Shown here piece after piece: positions 9,805-19,930 of a DNA stretch of 64,000 bases (position 1 is its first letter; every line of letters starts with the position of its first letter). The notes beneath the pieces were generated by a model. The model was not told the origin of the DNA, made no database searches, and saw nothing but the letters and a program-made list of their open reading frames with translations. Position numbers and translations under genes: made by a program. Origin of the DNA: Candidatus Bathyarchaeota archaeon (GTDB taxonomy: Archaea; Thermoproteota; Bathyarchaeia; Bathyarchaeales; Bathycorpusculaceae). The stretch lies in NCBI GenBank assembly GCA_963833575.1, contig CAWHXY010000007.1, positions 256,001 to 320,000 of the forward strand, in the 5' to 3' direction.

Positions 9805-10329
9805 TAACACAAAAAACCTATTTCGACCAACGTCAATGACGTTTTAAAGGAGATTGAAGGGGCGTAGGAAAAAGATTTCCTGCCAATTATCGCGCCAAAC
9901 AAAAGGCAAGTTTTTGACAAATGAAATTAGCCTTCATAACTAAAGAATGCAGTTAGTCAAACGAGACTGCAACGGGAACCGTTATCAAAGTAAGTAATAT
10001 TGGTGTTACTCCTCAAGAAAGAGTCGCTGCGACTGTGAGAATGGACAATGCAATTATGGTTTGTCTCATTAGTGCCCTTTTTTGAATTTCGGTGACATTC
10101 GGTGATGACAAATTCAAAGAAACCACAAAGTCTATTCGACTCATTAATATTCTAAATTAATCTAAGTTTTACACCAATGTTTTAATGAAAGCATAAGTTT
10201 GTTCTTGCTGGGTGGGCGATGACGACTCTGGCCCCGAAGACTATCATGGATGATGAGGATCTTGAGTGCGTATCTTGCATTTGATTTTCGAATGCACGCA
10301 TAAGAGCCCACCTAACGTTTCATGCAAAA

Positions 10330-10722
10330 CTATTTAACTGCGGATTCTGCAATCTCCACTATGCCTGAGATGTTTTTGAGCAACATGTCTGGAATATTGT
10401 GGCGTTCTTTTTGATACAATGGCGAGTTGTAGGATACCCAGACTTTTCCATTTGTATCGTCAGAAACAAGTACTTTCAGCGGAAAATCGATGGCAAGAGT
10501 TGGTGCAGCAATCATCAAAGGCGTACCAGCTTTTGGGTTACCGAAGATAACTAATTGTGCAGGATTCATTTTTAGTCCTGCCTTTTCGGCTTCTGCACTA
10601 AAACTTATGTTAGCGAAAATTGTGAGCCCTCGAGATAGGACAGTTGATTTTAACCGTTCAAATGTTTCCCCAAAAGAATGTTCACTTTGCACCTGCACGA
10701 TGCCGTTCTTAAGAGTTGACAA
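10330..10722 (-). CDS. DUF302 family protein
   Basis: VIFGNPKAGTPLMIAAPTLAIDFPLKVLV motif. Confidence 0.85.
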   Translation of the reverse strand: MSTLKNGIVQVQSEHSFGETFERLKSTVLSRGLTIFANISFSAEAEKAGLKMNPAQLVIFGNPKAGTPLMIAAPTLAIDFPLKVLVSDDTNGKVWVSYNSPLYQKERHNIPDMLLKNISGIVEIAESAVK

Positions 10723-10864
10723 TCGTGAGTCACATTAAGTGGTTTACGTTTGCTTCTAATTATTGGTTTCGTTAAACTCAGATCGCTTCCGAAAGCCTCG
10801 TTGAAATTAATCTTACGTTCTGCAAAATTTCAAACGCAACGTTAAAGAGTTACTTTCTCGTTGA

Positions 10865-11800
10865 CTAAGTTTTAGCTTCTGAGGGTCTAAGAGAACCTTC
10901 TGCTGTCTGTCTCCGGAAATGGATGAGACCATTTTTGAACGCTTCAACCATTTTCCTACCGTTTATCAAAATTAACGAAACCAGCATTATCGTCGGAATC
11001 CAGGCCGGCGTATAAAGAGGCGTTGCTGTGCCTGAGCCTAAAACCATGTTAACAAACCCCTGCCCTACTCCAGGGTAGAAAACCACCAGATTGGTCACAA
11101 ACAACGTCAATGTCAAAGAAATTACAGATAATCTTAGCTTGTTCTTATTGTAGAAAAGAAAAAGCGGCAATGCCAAGAGAGCAAATCTAGGATCAAACGC
11201 TCCCAATGCAAAGACGAGACCTGAGAGGACAGGTTTACTTTTATAGCCTAGATAAAACGATACAAGCAAAAGAAACGAGAGTAAGATTTTTGCTTGACCT
11301 TCTGCCCAACTCATAAAGTAACTAACGGATAATCCCCTACCGGGCATTGGGTAAGGCAACAGTAAGACAAGAATTAAAATCACAAAAACGGCGACTGGGT
11401 TTTTCTTTTCCAATAGCTTGTAGAGTAGCAATGCCATCAGCGGAAGCAGGGCAAACTGGACTGCATCGAAAACCCAGAATGCTTGATAATAGCTCAGGTT
11501 GGTTAGTGGCAAAATTAAGACGAGAAAAGAGGGGAGGTACTTGTAGGGAGTTAGGGAAGGGTAGATTGTTGGTTCGCCGTCAGGCAGGGATTCTGCGGTG
11601 AATATTTGGGATGGGTTATGTAGCATTCGCCAAGCTGCTATATAATATACTGAAAAATCCCGCGGCAAGTTTGCTCCGCCTAAGTTAAGCGGATGATTCA
11701 TGGTTGGATAAGCTGTAGAGAGTGTGTAAAAGTTTAATCCTATAATGATAATGATAGTTAAAGCGAGAAGGAGTTTTTTCGATTTTAGTTGATTTAACAC
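10865..11800 (-). CDS. GT87/DUF2029-like polytopic glycosyltransferase
   Basis: DFSVYYIAAWRM...YKYLPSFLVLILPL, EGQ motif, multiple TM helices. Confidence 0.7.
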   Translation of the reverse strand: MLNQLKSKKLLLALTIIIIIGLNFYTLSTAYPTMNHPLNLGGANLPRDFSVYYIAAWRMLHNPSQIFTAESLPDGEPTIYPSLTPYKYLPSFLVLILPLTNLSYYQAFWVFDAVQFALLPLMALLLYKLLEKKNPVAVFVILILVLLLPYPMPGRGLSVSYFMSWAEGQAKILLSFLLLVSFYLGYKSKPVLSGLVFALGAFDPRFALLALPLFLFYNKNKLRLSVISLTLTLFVTNLVVFYPGVGQGFVNMVLGSGTATPLYTPAWIPTIMLVSLILINGRKMVEAFKNGLIHFRRQTAEGSLRPSEAKT

Positions 11801-12117
11801 GCTCAGGTATTAGCACTCTCGATTGTCATTTTATCTTGTGGCTCAATTAAAAACTATTTTGCTTTGGCAAGCGCTTGTTATTATTTTCTTCCGCCAACAC
11901 ATAATTTCCTATTTTGTAAATCCAGTCTTGTTGTGAATAATGAAAAAATGTCTTAAAAAATAAACGTTGAATAGACTTTTTTGAAATGCTTTTTACCATG
12001 TTTCTTCTAAAAAGTCAAATCGGAAAATCTAATCTTGCCTGCGCTTGGACGAGACAAATTTAAAGAAAACATGAGACTTAAGTGAGAACAAGGTCAACGG
12101 AAACTGTAGTCGATAAT

Positions 12118-12696
12118 TTATTTTTCGCCCGGTGGCTTTTCCCATAATTGAAGTTTCTGTTTCTTAAGTTCAGTTCGTTTCTTCTGCAAGTAATTGTACA
12201 TTGTATGGTGCTCGCAACCATCAATTATCATTTGTACTGCATTTCGTGCAGCATCGGACTCTTCAAAACTGCCAATTATGCCTACAGTATGACCGTAAAC
12301 TACCACATCAGCCTCAGTTAACTCTTCGATCAATTTTCTTGTTTTGCCTTCTGCGCCTATTACTCTGCCTTTGATGCGTTTAATATCTGATTCTGATCGC
12401 CCAAAAATAATGCGTAAATCTATCAGGTCGAAAATGTCATCTTCGTTGCGTATTAGTCGGAAAGCTGTTTCTGGTGGAAAGCCTCTGCCGATTGCTGTTA
12501 CAACATCTTTGGCTTTTAATAGTAAAGAGGGGTCCTTTGCGTTTTCTGAAAGTATGAGGGTTACGCTTCCTTCAGTGTCAATTTCAAGTTTAACTTCAAG
12601 TTTCTCTTCGATAAACTTCTTAACTTTGCCTTCAGGACCAATCAGTATGCCAACGCGCTCTTTAGGAATTTTAACAAACATGTCTGGACGGGACAT
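12118..12696 (-). CDS. KH-domain pre-rRNA processing protein (Dim2/Pno1 family)
   Basis: Two KH GxxG loops (LIGPEGKVK, VIGAEGKTR); follows rio1 in the conserved archaeal operon. Confidence 0.92.
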   Translation of the reverse strand: MSRPDMFVKIPKERVGILIGPEGKVKKFIEEKLEVKLEIDTEGSVTLILSENAKDPSLLLKAKDVVTAIGRGFPPETAFRLIRNEDDIFDLIDLRIIFGRSESDIKRIKGRVIGAEGKTRKLIEELTEADVVVYGHTVGIIGSFEESDAARNAVQMIIDGCEHHTMYNYLQKKRTELKKQKLQLWEKPPGEK

Positions 12697-13481
12697 TACG
12701 TACCAACAACCATTTTATGAAACTCTTCAACTGGAATTACTTTAACATTTAACCGACTAAAGAACCTATTCACATTCTCCAAATCTCTACGCAGCATAAA
12801 ATCGGCCATGGGATGCTGAATTGAAACCGACTGCGAAACATCAAAAACAATGGGTCTGCCTTTCCACATCATAATGTTGTATTCGCTCAGGTCACCGTGG
12901 ACAATTTTGGCTTTTTGGTAGAGACGTTTGATATAAGTAACAAGGATTTTGTATACTTTTTCCGGGTTAACTGGTGCCCGCTCCTTCAGTGAGGGCGCAC
13001 TAACCCCTTCCTTCCCAATAAACTCCATAACCACAACATTGCTTTTGACAGCTATTGGCTTTGGAACACGCACCTTTGCATCTGTCGCTTCTTGTAAATT
13101 CCGAAACTCCTTTTGTGCCCAAACAGCCATCAGCGACCGAGTATCATGTTTAACGTCTTTGAAGCGGGGATCACCTTCAATGTATTTGTGCATGCCTCTT
13201 TTGAATTCGGCTGAAGAAGTTAAGTAAATTTTTACTGCTAAATCTACGCCTTCTTTGGTTGTGCCCCAATAAACGCGCGCTTCTTTACCTGAACTGACAA
13301 CACCGTTAAGCTCATAGAACACGCCGCTATTGAGCATGTCAAAGACAACCATGCGGGTGGTTTGGTCAAAAACTTCCTCTACAGTGGCGCGTTCCTTGGA
13401 CTTATCATGTGTTAACATTTTATCTCTGCGTTCTATTCTTCTTTCGGTATGAGCTATACGTTCTTGTGCTTTTCTAGACAT
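12696..13481 (-). CDS. rio1: RIO1 serine protein kinase
   Basis: SSGKEARVY, AVKIY, WAQKEFRNL, VHGDLSEYNI. Start placed at MSRKAQ. Confidence 0.93.
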   Translation of the reverse strand: MSRKAQERIAHTERRIERRDKMLTHDKSKERATVEEVFDQTTRMVVFDMLNSGVFYELNGVVSSGKEARVYWGTTKEGVDLAVKIYLTSSAEFKRGMHKYIEGDPRFKDVKHDTRSLMAVWAQKEFRNLQEATDAKVRVPKPIAVKSNVVVMEFIGKEGVSAPSLKERAPVNPEKVYKILVTYIKRLYQKAKIVHGDLSEYNIMMWKGRPIVFDVSQSVSIQHPMADFMLRRDLENVNRFFSRLNVKVIPVEEFHKMVVGT

Positions 13482-13580
13482 AATATCCAAACATCTTAAT
13501 CGTGATTGGGTATTTAAAAACAATCAAACATGAAAAACCAGTTGCACGCGAAATAAACGGAAACATTAAAATTTTGAAAA

Positions 13581-13886
13581 TTAAAGGGTTAAAATCCCCT
13601 TGCGTCTTAGAGTATCGGCTTGCCCATGTGTATAGCGCCAAACAACATCGCCACGTTTGTCAGTCTGGAAATCCCATGGCGAAACAATAACTATATCTCC
13701 CTCGCGAATCCAGACACGCCTCTTCATTTTTCCGCGGATACGACACAAGCGTTCGGCACCATCTTGACATTTAACTAGGATACGGTCAAAACCAAGCAGT
13801 TTTATAACCACACCTAATACCTCGCCTTGTCCAGGATAAACTAATTCGCCGATTGCGCCTTCGCTTAATACTTTTTTCTTTCCCAA
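13581..13886 (-). CDS. eif1a: Translation initiation factor aIF-1A
   Basis: RLCRIRGKMKRRVWIREGDIVIVSPWDFQ; TTG start. Confidence 0.96.
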   Translation of the reverse strand: MGKKKVLSEGAIGELVYPGQGEVLGVVIKLLGFDRILVKCQDGAERLCRIRGKMKRRVWIREGDIVIVSPWDFQTDKRGDVVWRYTHGQADTLRRKGILTL

Positions 13887-14273
13887 ACGCTAAACCTCGT
13901 TTGACTTGAAAAATTAATGTTTAGCTTGCTTAAAAGCATGTTCTCAAAATAAGCGATAGGTTTTGAATGAAGGCTCATTTTTGAAAACTGTGAGTTGCTC
14001 ACTAGTTTTGACGCTAAAGAGCAAATGTTGGCAATTTTGCTTACTCGTTTGGTGCTTTTAAACAAAAATTTTGAGAAGCATAGTTCACTAAGTTTTCAGT
14101 CGTTCAATTAGCTAGCGAAGCTGAATTAGCTGATTTAGGAAGCTAACTTCGTACGTAAATTGTTTAAATAGCGTGGGTAAGTAGGCTTTTTGGCGAATTG
14201 AACTTTTCAAAAACCAATAAAACCTTCAGGGGTCTACTCTGAAATCAAGAAACTTCGGGGAGAGCTTACTCAA

Positions 14274-15602
14274 ATGATTGTGGAAGAAAATGTGAATCGC
14301 ATTAGGTCTAAGGCTTTTCTTAAAATGAGAGTTGGCACAAAAACAATTCTTGATGACTGGAAAGATTACCGATGGCAACTGAAAAATTCAATAAAAACCA
14401 TTGAAGCATTTGAAGAAGCTACAGAAATTAGATTTTCTGATGAAGAATATGGGAAGCTTGAAAAAACAATTCAAAAATTCCCTCTCAGTATTACTCCTTA
14501 CTATGCATCTTTAATAGAAAAAGAGAATTATCGTAACGATCCTATCTTCAAGCAAGCATTTCCTGACCCGGCTGAGTTAATAATTTCAAAATGCGACATG
14601 AGAGATCCACTGCATGAAGACAAAGACAGGCCAACAAAAGGCATTACCCACAGATATCCCGATCGAGTACTCTTTTTAGTAAGCAACTGTTGTGCAATGT
14701 ATTGCAGGCATTGTACAAGAAAAAGAAAGGTAGGCGACCCAGACTACATTCCATCAAGAGAGCAAATATTAGCTGGGATTTGCTATATAAGAAAAAATCC
14801 GCAAATCCGTGATGTCTTGCTTTCCGGCGGCGACCCCCTTATGCTGCCTGATGAATATCTAGATTGGATTCTTACAGAACTAAATAGAATTAAACATGTC
14901 GAGGTCATACGTATTGGTTCAAGAATACCAGTCGTTCTCCCATTCAGGATAACCAAAGAACTTACTAACTTACTAAAAAAGCATCATCCACTTTGGCTAA
15001 ATACACAGTTTAACCATCCAAGAGAATTGACTCCAGATTCACAAGAAGCTCTAAAACGGTTAGCCGATGCAGGGATACCACTGGGAAATCAAACGGTCTT
15101 GTTGGCAGGTGTAAACGATTGTCCGCAAATCATGAAGAAACTGAATCAAAAACTCGTTAAGAACAGGGTCCGCCCTTATTACCTGTTCCAATGCGACCTC
15201 TCTGAAGGGCTTTCTCATTTTCGAACTTCGATTGGAAAGGGCGTTGAAATTATGGAAAGCCTTGTAGGGCATACTAGCGGTTTCGCAGTGCCAAGATATG
15301 TTGTAGATGCACCTGGAGGGGGAGGAAAAATTCCTGTTATGCCAAATTACATTATCTCTTGGTCAACAAATAAGGTGATTTTGCGAAACTATGAGGGCGT
15401 TATCACTACGTATGAGGAACCTGAAAATTACAAAGCCACTTCATGTAACAACAACTGTGATAAATGTACGCCCAAATCAAATTTCATGAATACCGATCCT
15501 CCGACTGGAGTTGAAAAATTACTATCCGATGAGGACAGAACAATCTCACTTGTACCAGATGGGAACCTCCGCCTGAAAAGAAGGGAAAAAAGCGAATCAT
15601 AA
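14274..15602 (+). CDS. ablA: Lysine 2,3-aminomutase (radical SAM, AblA/KamA type)
   Basis: [21 protein letters not shown] (CxxxCxxC), [10 protein letters not shown] (PLP lysine), LRNYEG, C-terminal CxxxCxxC. Confidence 0.92.
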   Translation: MIVEENVNRIRSKAFLKMRVGTKTILDDWKDYRWQLKNSIKTIEAFEEATEIRFSDEEYGKLEKTIQKFPLSITPYYASLIEKENYRNDPIFKQAFPDPAELIISKCDMRDPLHEDKDRPTKGITHRYPDRVLFLVSNCCAMYCRHCTRKRKVGDPDYIPSREQILAGICYIRKNPQIRDVLLSGGDPLMLPDEYLDWILTELNRIKHVEVIRIGSRIPVVLPFRITKELTNLLKKHHPLWLNTQFNHPRELTPDSQEALKRLADAGIPLGNQTVLLAGVNDCPQIMKKLNQKLVKNRVRPYYLFQCDLSEGLSHFRTSIGKGVEIMESLVGHTSGFAVPRYVVDAPGGGGKIPVMPNYIISWSTNKVILRNYEGVITTYEEPENYKATSCNNNCDKCTPKSNFMNTDPPTGVEKLLSDEDRTISLVPDGNLRLKRREKSES

Positions 15603-15607
15603 GAGGT

Positions 15608-16294
15608 ATGCGAATGACTGAAACCAAAGAAAATCTCCCGTTTAAGATCCGAAACTTGGAACTACAAGACATTAAAGAAGTATACAAGTTGCTTACTGCA
15701 AATAGACCCTATGTAGGATTAAATTCCCGATACACATATTTTATTTTAGCTAAAGACTTCGCAGATACCTGCGTTGTCGCCGAACACGAAGGCAAAATTG
15801 TAGCGTTTTCTTCAGGATACATCTCACCCAATAAGAAAGACACTTTTTTCAGTTGGGAAGCAGTTGTTCACGAGGATTTTAGAGGAAATAATCTGCAAAA
15901 ACTAATGTTACTCCATCAAATTGCAGGTAAACGAGTTAAGTATTTTGAAGGAACAATTAACCCTTCAAATGAGGCATCGAAAAAAAGTTTTCGTGGGTTA
16001 GCGCAGTTACTGAAAACGAAATGTGAAGAAAACATGCTTTTTAACGGGGATGATTTTGAAAATGACGGCCATGAACCAGAGATTTTGTTTAGAATCGGTC
16101 CCTTTTCAAAAGAGCAGGTAAATAAGACTATGCGATTTTCTGAAAGGAATCATGAACCCATTGAAAAATCGATGTTCATGCAGTTGGATGACAATGCTTC
16201 CAATTTAGAATACACGAAATCAAATCAAACATATAACATAACATCGAAGCTAAAGATGAGTCATGTTTCGGGTAATATGGAACTGACTTGTTAG
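15608..16294 (+). CDS. EctA-like GNAT diamino-acid N-acetyltransferase
   Basis: LNSRYTYFILAKDFADTCVVAE, GTINPSNEASKKSF and HEPEILFRIGPF follow the EctA pattern (LNSxYxY..F.xTCxVAE..TIxxxNxAS..HxxExLxRIGP). Confidence 0.8.
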   Translation: MRMTETKENLPFKIRNLELQDIKEVYKLLTANRPYVGLNSRYTYFILAKDFADTCVVAEHEGKIVAFSSGYISPNKKDTFFSWEAVVHEDFRGNNLQKLMLLHQIAGKRVKYFEGTINPSNEASKKSFRGLAQLLKTKCEENMLFNGDDFENDGHEPEILFRIGPFSKEQVNKTMRFSERNHEPIEKSMFMQLDDNASNLEYTKSNQTYNITSKLKMSHVSGNMELTC

Positions 16295-16340
16295 ATTCTT
16301 AACCCTTATTGGTAAGAACCGATAAAGTTGAATTATTCAA

Positions 16341-16476
16341 AGAAGAACACACCTTGAAAGAAGAAGTAGGACACGGTGCACCCTGCGATTGTCCTACTTC
16401 TTCTAACTTGTAAAAGAAGAAGTGCGCACCTAGCAAGTTTCTCCTTCTTTCATTGGTTAGGAGTTCCTGGTGAGCT
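16341..16476. repeat. Hairpin-repeat array, locus A
   Basis: 15-bp perfect IR AGAAGAAGTAGGACA/TGTCCTACTTCTTCT (16359-16404); second IR at 16413-16450; homologous to 40701-40865. Confidence 0.85.
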
Positions 16477-16624
16477 TTCGAGAGTTGAGGCGGGCTTAAG
16501 ATTTTGTCGACTAAATTGCTTTGGACACTGAGGGGATTTAAAGAAATGACCTTTTAGTCTTCTCTGGGACGATGTAAGTTTAAATTTCTCAACGCTTGAA
16601 TATGATAAATGGTGTATTTGCCAA

Positions 16625-17440
16625 GTGTCCTACGTCTTCAACATACCATACCGAAATAACGCTAAACTCAAACAAGTAATGGAACGAATCAAGGAAGACA
16701 AAAAATTGCAAACATACTGGAAATGCGCCAACGTCATGGCAATAGAGCGTATGGGCTACACCGACCATGGACCAACGCACGTAAAAATAGTATCCAACAT
16801 TGCTCTAAGACTTCTGCGCATTCTCATCGAAAAAAAACTCATAACACCCAGCATAGTGGAAAATTACAAAATGCAAAACGATGATGCTGAGGTAGTTGTC
16901 GTCTTAAGCTCAATCTTTCATGATTTAGGCATGATTGTGCAAAGGCACAGGCATGAACAATATAGTGTAATCCTAGCATTGGAATTTCTTGAAAAATGTT
17001 TGACACCAACCTACAATGAGGAGCAACAGGCAATAATAACTTCAGAGGTCTTGCATGCTATTGTGTCCCACGAAGAAACTCCCAGAAATGAGCCAACCCA
17101 TAAAATATTAACAAAAGAAGCAGGCATAGTGGGAATCGCCGATGCCTTGGACATGGAAGCTGGAAGAGCACGAATACCATTCCAAGCAGGCAAAATAGAC
17201 ATACACGCAGTATCAGCGCTCTCCATTGAAAAAGTTGAAGTGGAATGTGCTGAAAACACTAAAAATGGAGAAAAACCAATCAACATCAAAATTAAAATGT
17301 CTAACTCCGCAGGTGTATTCCAAATTGATGAGCTACTGAAACCAAGAATCGTCAACTCAGGGCTTGAACAATTCTTCCATGTAATCGCTGAAATCACAGG
17401 CGAAAAAGAAAACAGGATTATTGAAAAATTCGAGATTTAA
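16625..17440 (+). CDS. HD-domain phosphohydrolase (archaeal)
   Basis: YTDHGPTHVKIV, IFHDLGM, IADALDMEAGRARIPF, DIHAVSALSI. Confidence 0.87.
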   Translation: MSYVFNIPYRNNAKLKQVMERIKEDKKLQTYWKCANVMAIERMGYTDHGPTHVKIVSNIALRLLRILIEKKLITPSIVENYKMQNDDAEVVVVLSSIFHDLGMIVQRHRHEQYSVILALEFLEKCLTPTYNEEQQAIITSEVLHAIVSHEETPRNEPTHKILTKEAGIVGIADALDMEAGRARIPFQAGKIDIHAVSALSIEKVEVECAENTKNGEKPINIKIKMSNSAGVFQIDELLKPRIVNSGLEQFFHVIAEITGEKENRIIEKFEI

Positions 17441-17463
17441 GACATTTTTGAGGAAACCAACAC

Positions 17464-19188
17464 TTGATCCATGAATATGACGTTGTGGTTGTTGGCGGCG
17501 GAATCGCAGGATTATATACTGCATTAACTGCAGCTGAAAATTGTCGAGTTGCCGTGGTTAGTAAAGTGCATGTTACACGTTCCCATTCAGTTGCTGCGCA
17601 AGGAGGAATAGCAGCTAGCCTTGGAAACGAAGAAGAGGACCATTGGGAATGGCACATGTACGACACGGTTAAAGGCAGCGATTATCTGGCAGATCAAGAC
17701 GCAGTTGAAATTTTGGCTGAAGAAGCACCAAAAGCCATAATCTCCCTTGAAAACATGGGCGTGCCATTTACCCGTAACCTACAGGGCAAAATTGAGCAAC
17801 GCACATTTGGAGGACACACAAGAAATTACGGGCAGGCACCTGTTAAACGGGCATGTTACGTTTCTGATCGCACGGGCAGAGCAATAATGGATACGCTCTA
17901 TGATCGTTGCCAAACCGTAGGCGTAGACTTTTTCAATGAAGTATTTATTTTGAAGCTATTGTTTTCAGGCGAGCATTGTTGCGGCGTTGCGGGCTACGAT
18001 ATAGCCACAGGCAAACCCGAGGTTTTTCATGCAAAAGCAGTCGTGTTAGCTACTGGTGGAAGCGGCAAAATCTTCAAAACCACATCGAACGGGTTTGCGT
18101 CGACAGCCGATGGTTTCGCATTGGCAATGGATTCTCTTATTCCAATCGAAGACATGGAGTTTGTTCAGTTTCACCCCACAGGCATTTACGGTCTTGGAAT
18201 CCTCATAAGCGAGGCGGCTCGTGCTGAAGGGGGAGTGCTACGGAACGGCAATGGCGAGCGTTTTATGGAGCGTTATGCGCCGACCTTGAAGGATTTGGCT
18301 CCGAGAGACATTATTTCAAGAGCAATCTTAACTGAGATAATGGAAGGCAGAGGCGTGGAAGGTAAAGACTTTGTACATCTCGACCTGACACAAATTGGCA
18401 AAGAAAAATTAATGGAAAAGCTGCCTGAAATCTCATCTTTCGTTGAGACTTATTTAGGAATTGATCCAGGGGAAACGCATATTCCTGTTGCTCCAACTTG
18501 CCACTACATGATGGGTGGAATCCCCACTGATTATGAAGGACACGTTTTAAATGGCAAAGCGGAAACTGTCCTGCCTGGTCTTTTCGCTGTTGGTGAATGC
18601 GCATGTGTTAGCGTTCACGGAGCAAACCGTTTAGGATGTAACTCGCTAATTGACTTAGTCGTTTTTGGAAGCAGAACCGGCATGAGCGTCGCTAAGCACG
18701 CAGAAGAAAAAGATTTGCCGTCCCTTCCCCAGCAAGCTGAGAACATTGTGCTTGACAAAGTTAATCTTTTATTATCTTCTGATGGGAATGAGCGTGTACC
18801 CGTTTTGCGTGCGGCATTACAGTGTATAATGACTGAGAAATGTAGTGTTTTCAGAAATGGTGATAAACTTGAACAAGCGCTAGATCAAGTCTGTCAACTA
18901 GAAAAGAGGATGCTCAACATTGGCTTAGACAATAAAGGCAAGGTATTCAACTATGAGCTTCAAGAGGCGCTAGAGCTAGGTAATATGCTGAAAACCGCGA
19001 GAGCAATAGTTTTTTCCGCTCTTCAGCGAAAAGAAAGCCGTGGTTCCCATTACCGCAACGATTACCCAGAAAGAAACGACCAAGATAGACCAAGACATAC
19101 TTTAGTTAACATGACGCCAGACGGGCTTAAAGTCACTTATAAACCCGCATCTATCACGCGGTTTACGCCTGAAAAACGGAGATACTAA
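17464..19188 (+). CDS. sdhA: Succinate dehydrogenase/fumarate reductase flavoprotein subunit
   Basis: GGGIAG, RSHSVAAQGG (covalent FAD His), QFHPTG, LAPRD, CHYMMGG, HGANRLG, ESRGSHYR. Confidence 0.93.
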   Translation: MIHEYDVVVVGGGIAGLYTALTAAENCRVAVVSKVHVTRSHSVAAQGGIAASLGNEEEDHWEWHMYDTVKGSDYLADQDAVEILAEEAPKAIISLENMGVPFTRNLQGKIEQRTFGGHTRNYGQAPVKRACYVSDRTGRAIMDTLYDRCQTVGVDFFNEVFILKLLFSGEHCCGVAGYDIATGKPEVFHAKAVVLATGGSGKIFKTTSNGFASTADGFALAMDSLIPIEDMEFVQFHPTGIYGLGILISEAARAEGGVLRNGNGERFMERYAPTLKDLAPRDIISRAILTEIMEGRGVEGKDFVHLDLTQIGKEKLMEKLPEISSFVETYLGIDPGETHIPVAPTCHYMMGGIPTDYEGHVLNGKAETVLPGLFAVGECACVSVHGANRLGCNSLIDLVVFGSRTGMSVAKHAEEKDLPSLPQQAENIVLDKVNLLLSSDGNERVPVLRAALQCIMTEKCSVFRNGDKLEQALDQVCQLEKRMLNIGLDNKGKVFNYELQEALELGNMLKTARAIVFSALQRKESRGSHYRNDYPERNDQDRPRHTLVNMTPDGLKVTYKPASITRFTPEKRRY

Positions 19189-19189
19189 C

Positions 19190-19915
19190 ATGAAAGTTAC
19201 ATTGAAGGTTTATCGTTTTAACCCTGAAACCGACTTGGAACCACACTACGACATTTTCAAAGTTGAAGCCAACCTCAAAGATCGAATCCTTGATTGTCTA
19301 AACAAAATCAGGTGGGAACAGGACAGCAGTTTAGCTTATAGGCTGTCTTGCGCTCATGGAATTTGCGGTTCAGATGCAGTAAGTATCAATGGCATACCTG
19401 CTTTAGCCTGCCAAAAACTAATCAGAGACTATGATTATACGCAGGAGCTTGTGATTGAACCGCTAAAATTTTTCCCAGTAACTAAAGACCTAATTGTAGA
19501 CATGGCGCCTTTCTTTGAAAGGATAAAATCCATACACCCAAACCATCCGTCACAAACCCTTGATGCGCCACAAGAAAAAGAACGTCTTCAAAGTATTGAG
19601 GAACGCGGCAAAATCGACGGCGCCATCAAGTGTATACTGTGTGGCTGTTGCGTGGCTGCTTGCCCAGTTATCCTGGAGCAAGAGCAAAGATTCATCGGTC
19701 CCGCCGCCATCTTAAGATCGCAAAAATACATTTTTGACTCTCGATCAACCGGTGTAATTGAGCGGATGCAGGTTATGGAGAAGCCCTATGGAATTTGGGG
19801 CTGCAAAAGCTACTTCATGTGCACAATTGTATGTCCGAAGAAAATTAAAGTAACAGAACAGATACTAAAGACTAAGAAGAAAATAATTCAGGAACTTCAT
19901 CCTAAAAGCGAGTAA
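19190..19915 (+). CDS. sdhB: Succinate dehydrogenase/fumarate reductase Fe-S subunit
   Basis: SCAHGICGSD...LAC; CILCGCCVAACP; CKSYFMCTIVCP. Confidence 0.93.
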   Translation: MKVTLKVYRFNPETDLEPHYDIFKVEANLKDRILDCLNKIRWEQDSSLAYRLSCAHGICGSDAVSINGIPALACQKLIRDYDYTQELVIEPLKFFPVTKDLIVDMAPFFERIKSIHPNHPSQTLDAPQEKERLQSIEERGKIDGAIKCILCGCCVAACPVILEQEQRFIGPAAILRSQKYIFDSRSTGVIERMQVMEKPYGIWGCKSYFMCTIVCPKKIKVTEQILKTKKKIIQELHPKSE

Positions 19916-19930
19916 AGAGATCTGAAGTAA

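Noticed and set aside
10210-10285. Possible C/D box sRNA (ATGACGA...ATGATGA) or 21-aa ORF MTTLAPKTIMDDEDLECVSCI
   Set aside because: No properly spaced CTGA D box and no independent support.
14163-14273. Riboswitch in the ablA leader
   Set aside because: Only a small hairpin (TTCAGGG..CTCTGAA) is visible; there is no recognisable aptamer and the leader is too short for a lysine riboswitch.
16341-16476. Mini-CRISPR array (TTGAAAG resembles archaeal repeat ends)
   Set aside because: There are no identical direct repeats with unique spacers; interiors are shared between loci, and no cas genes are present.
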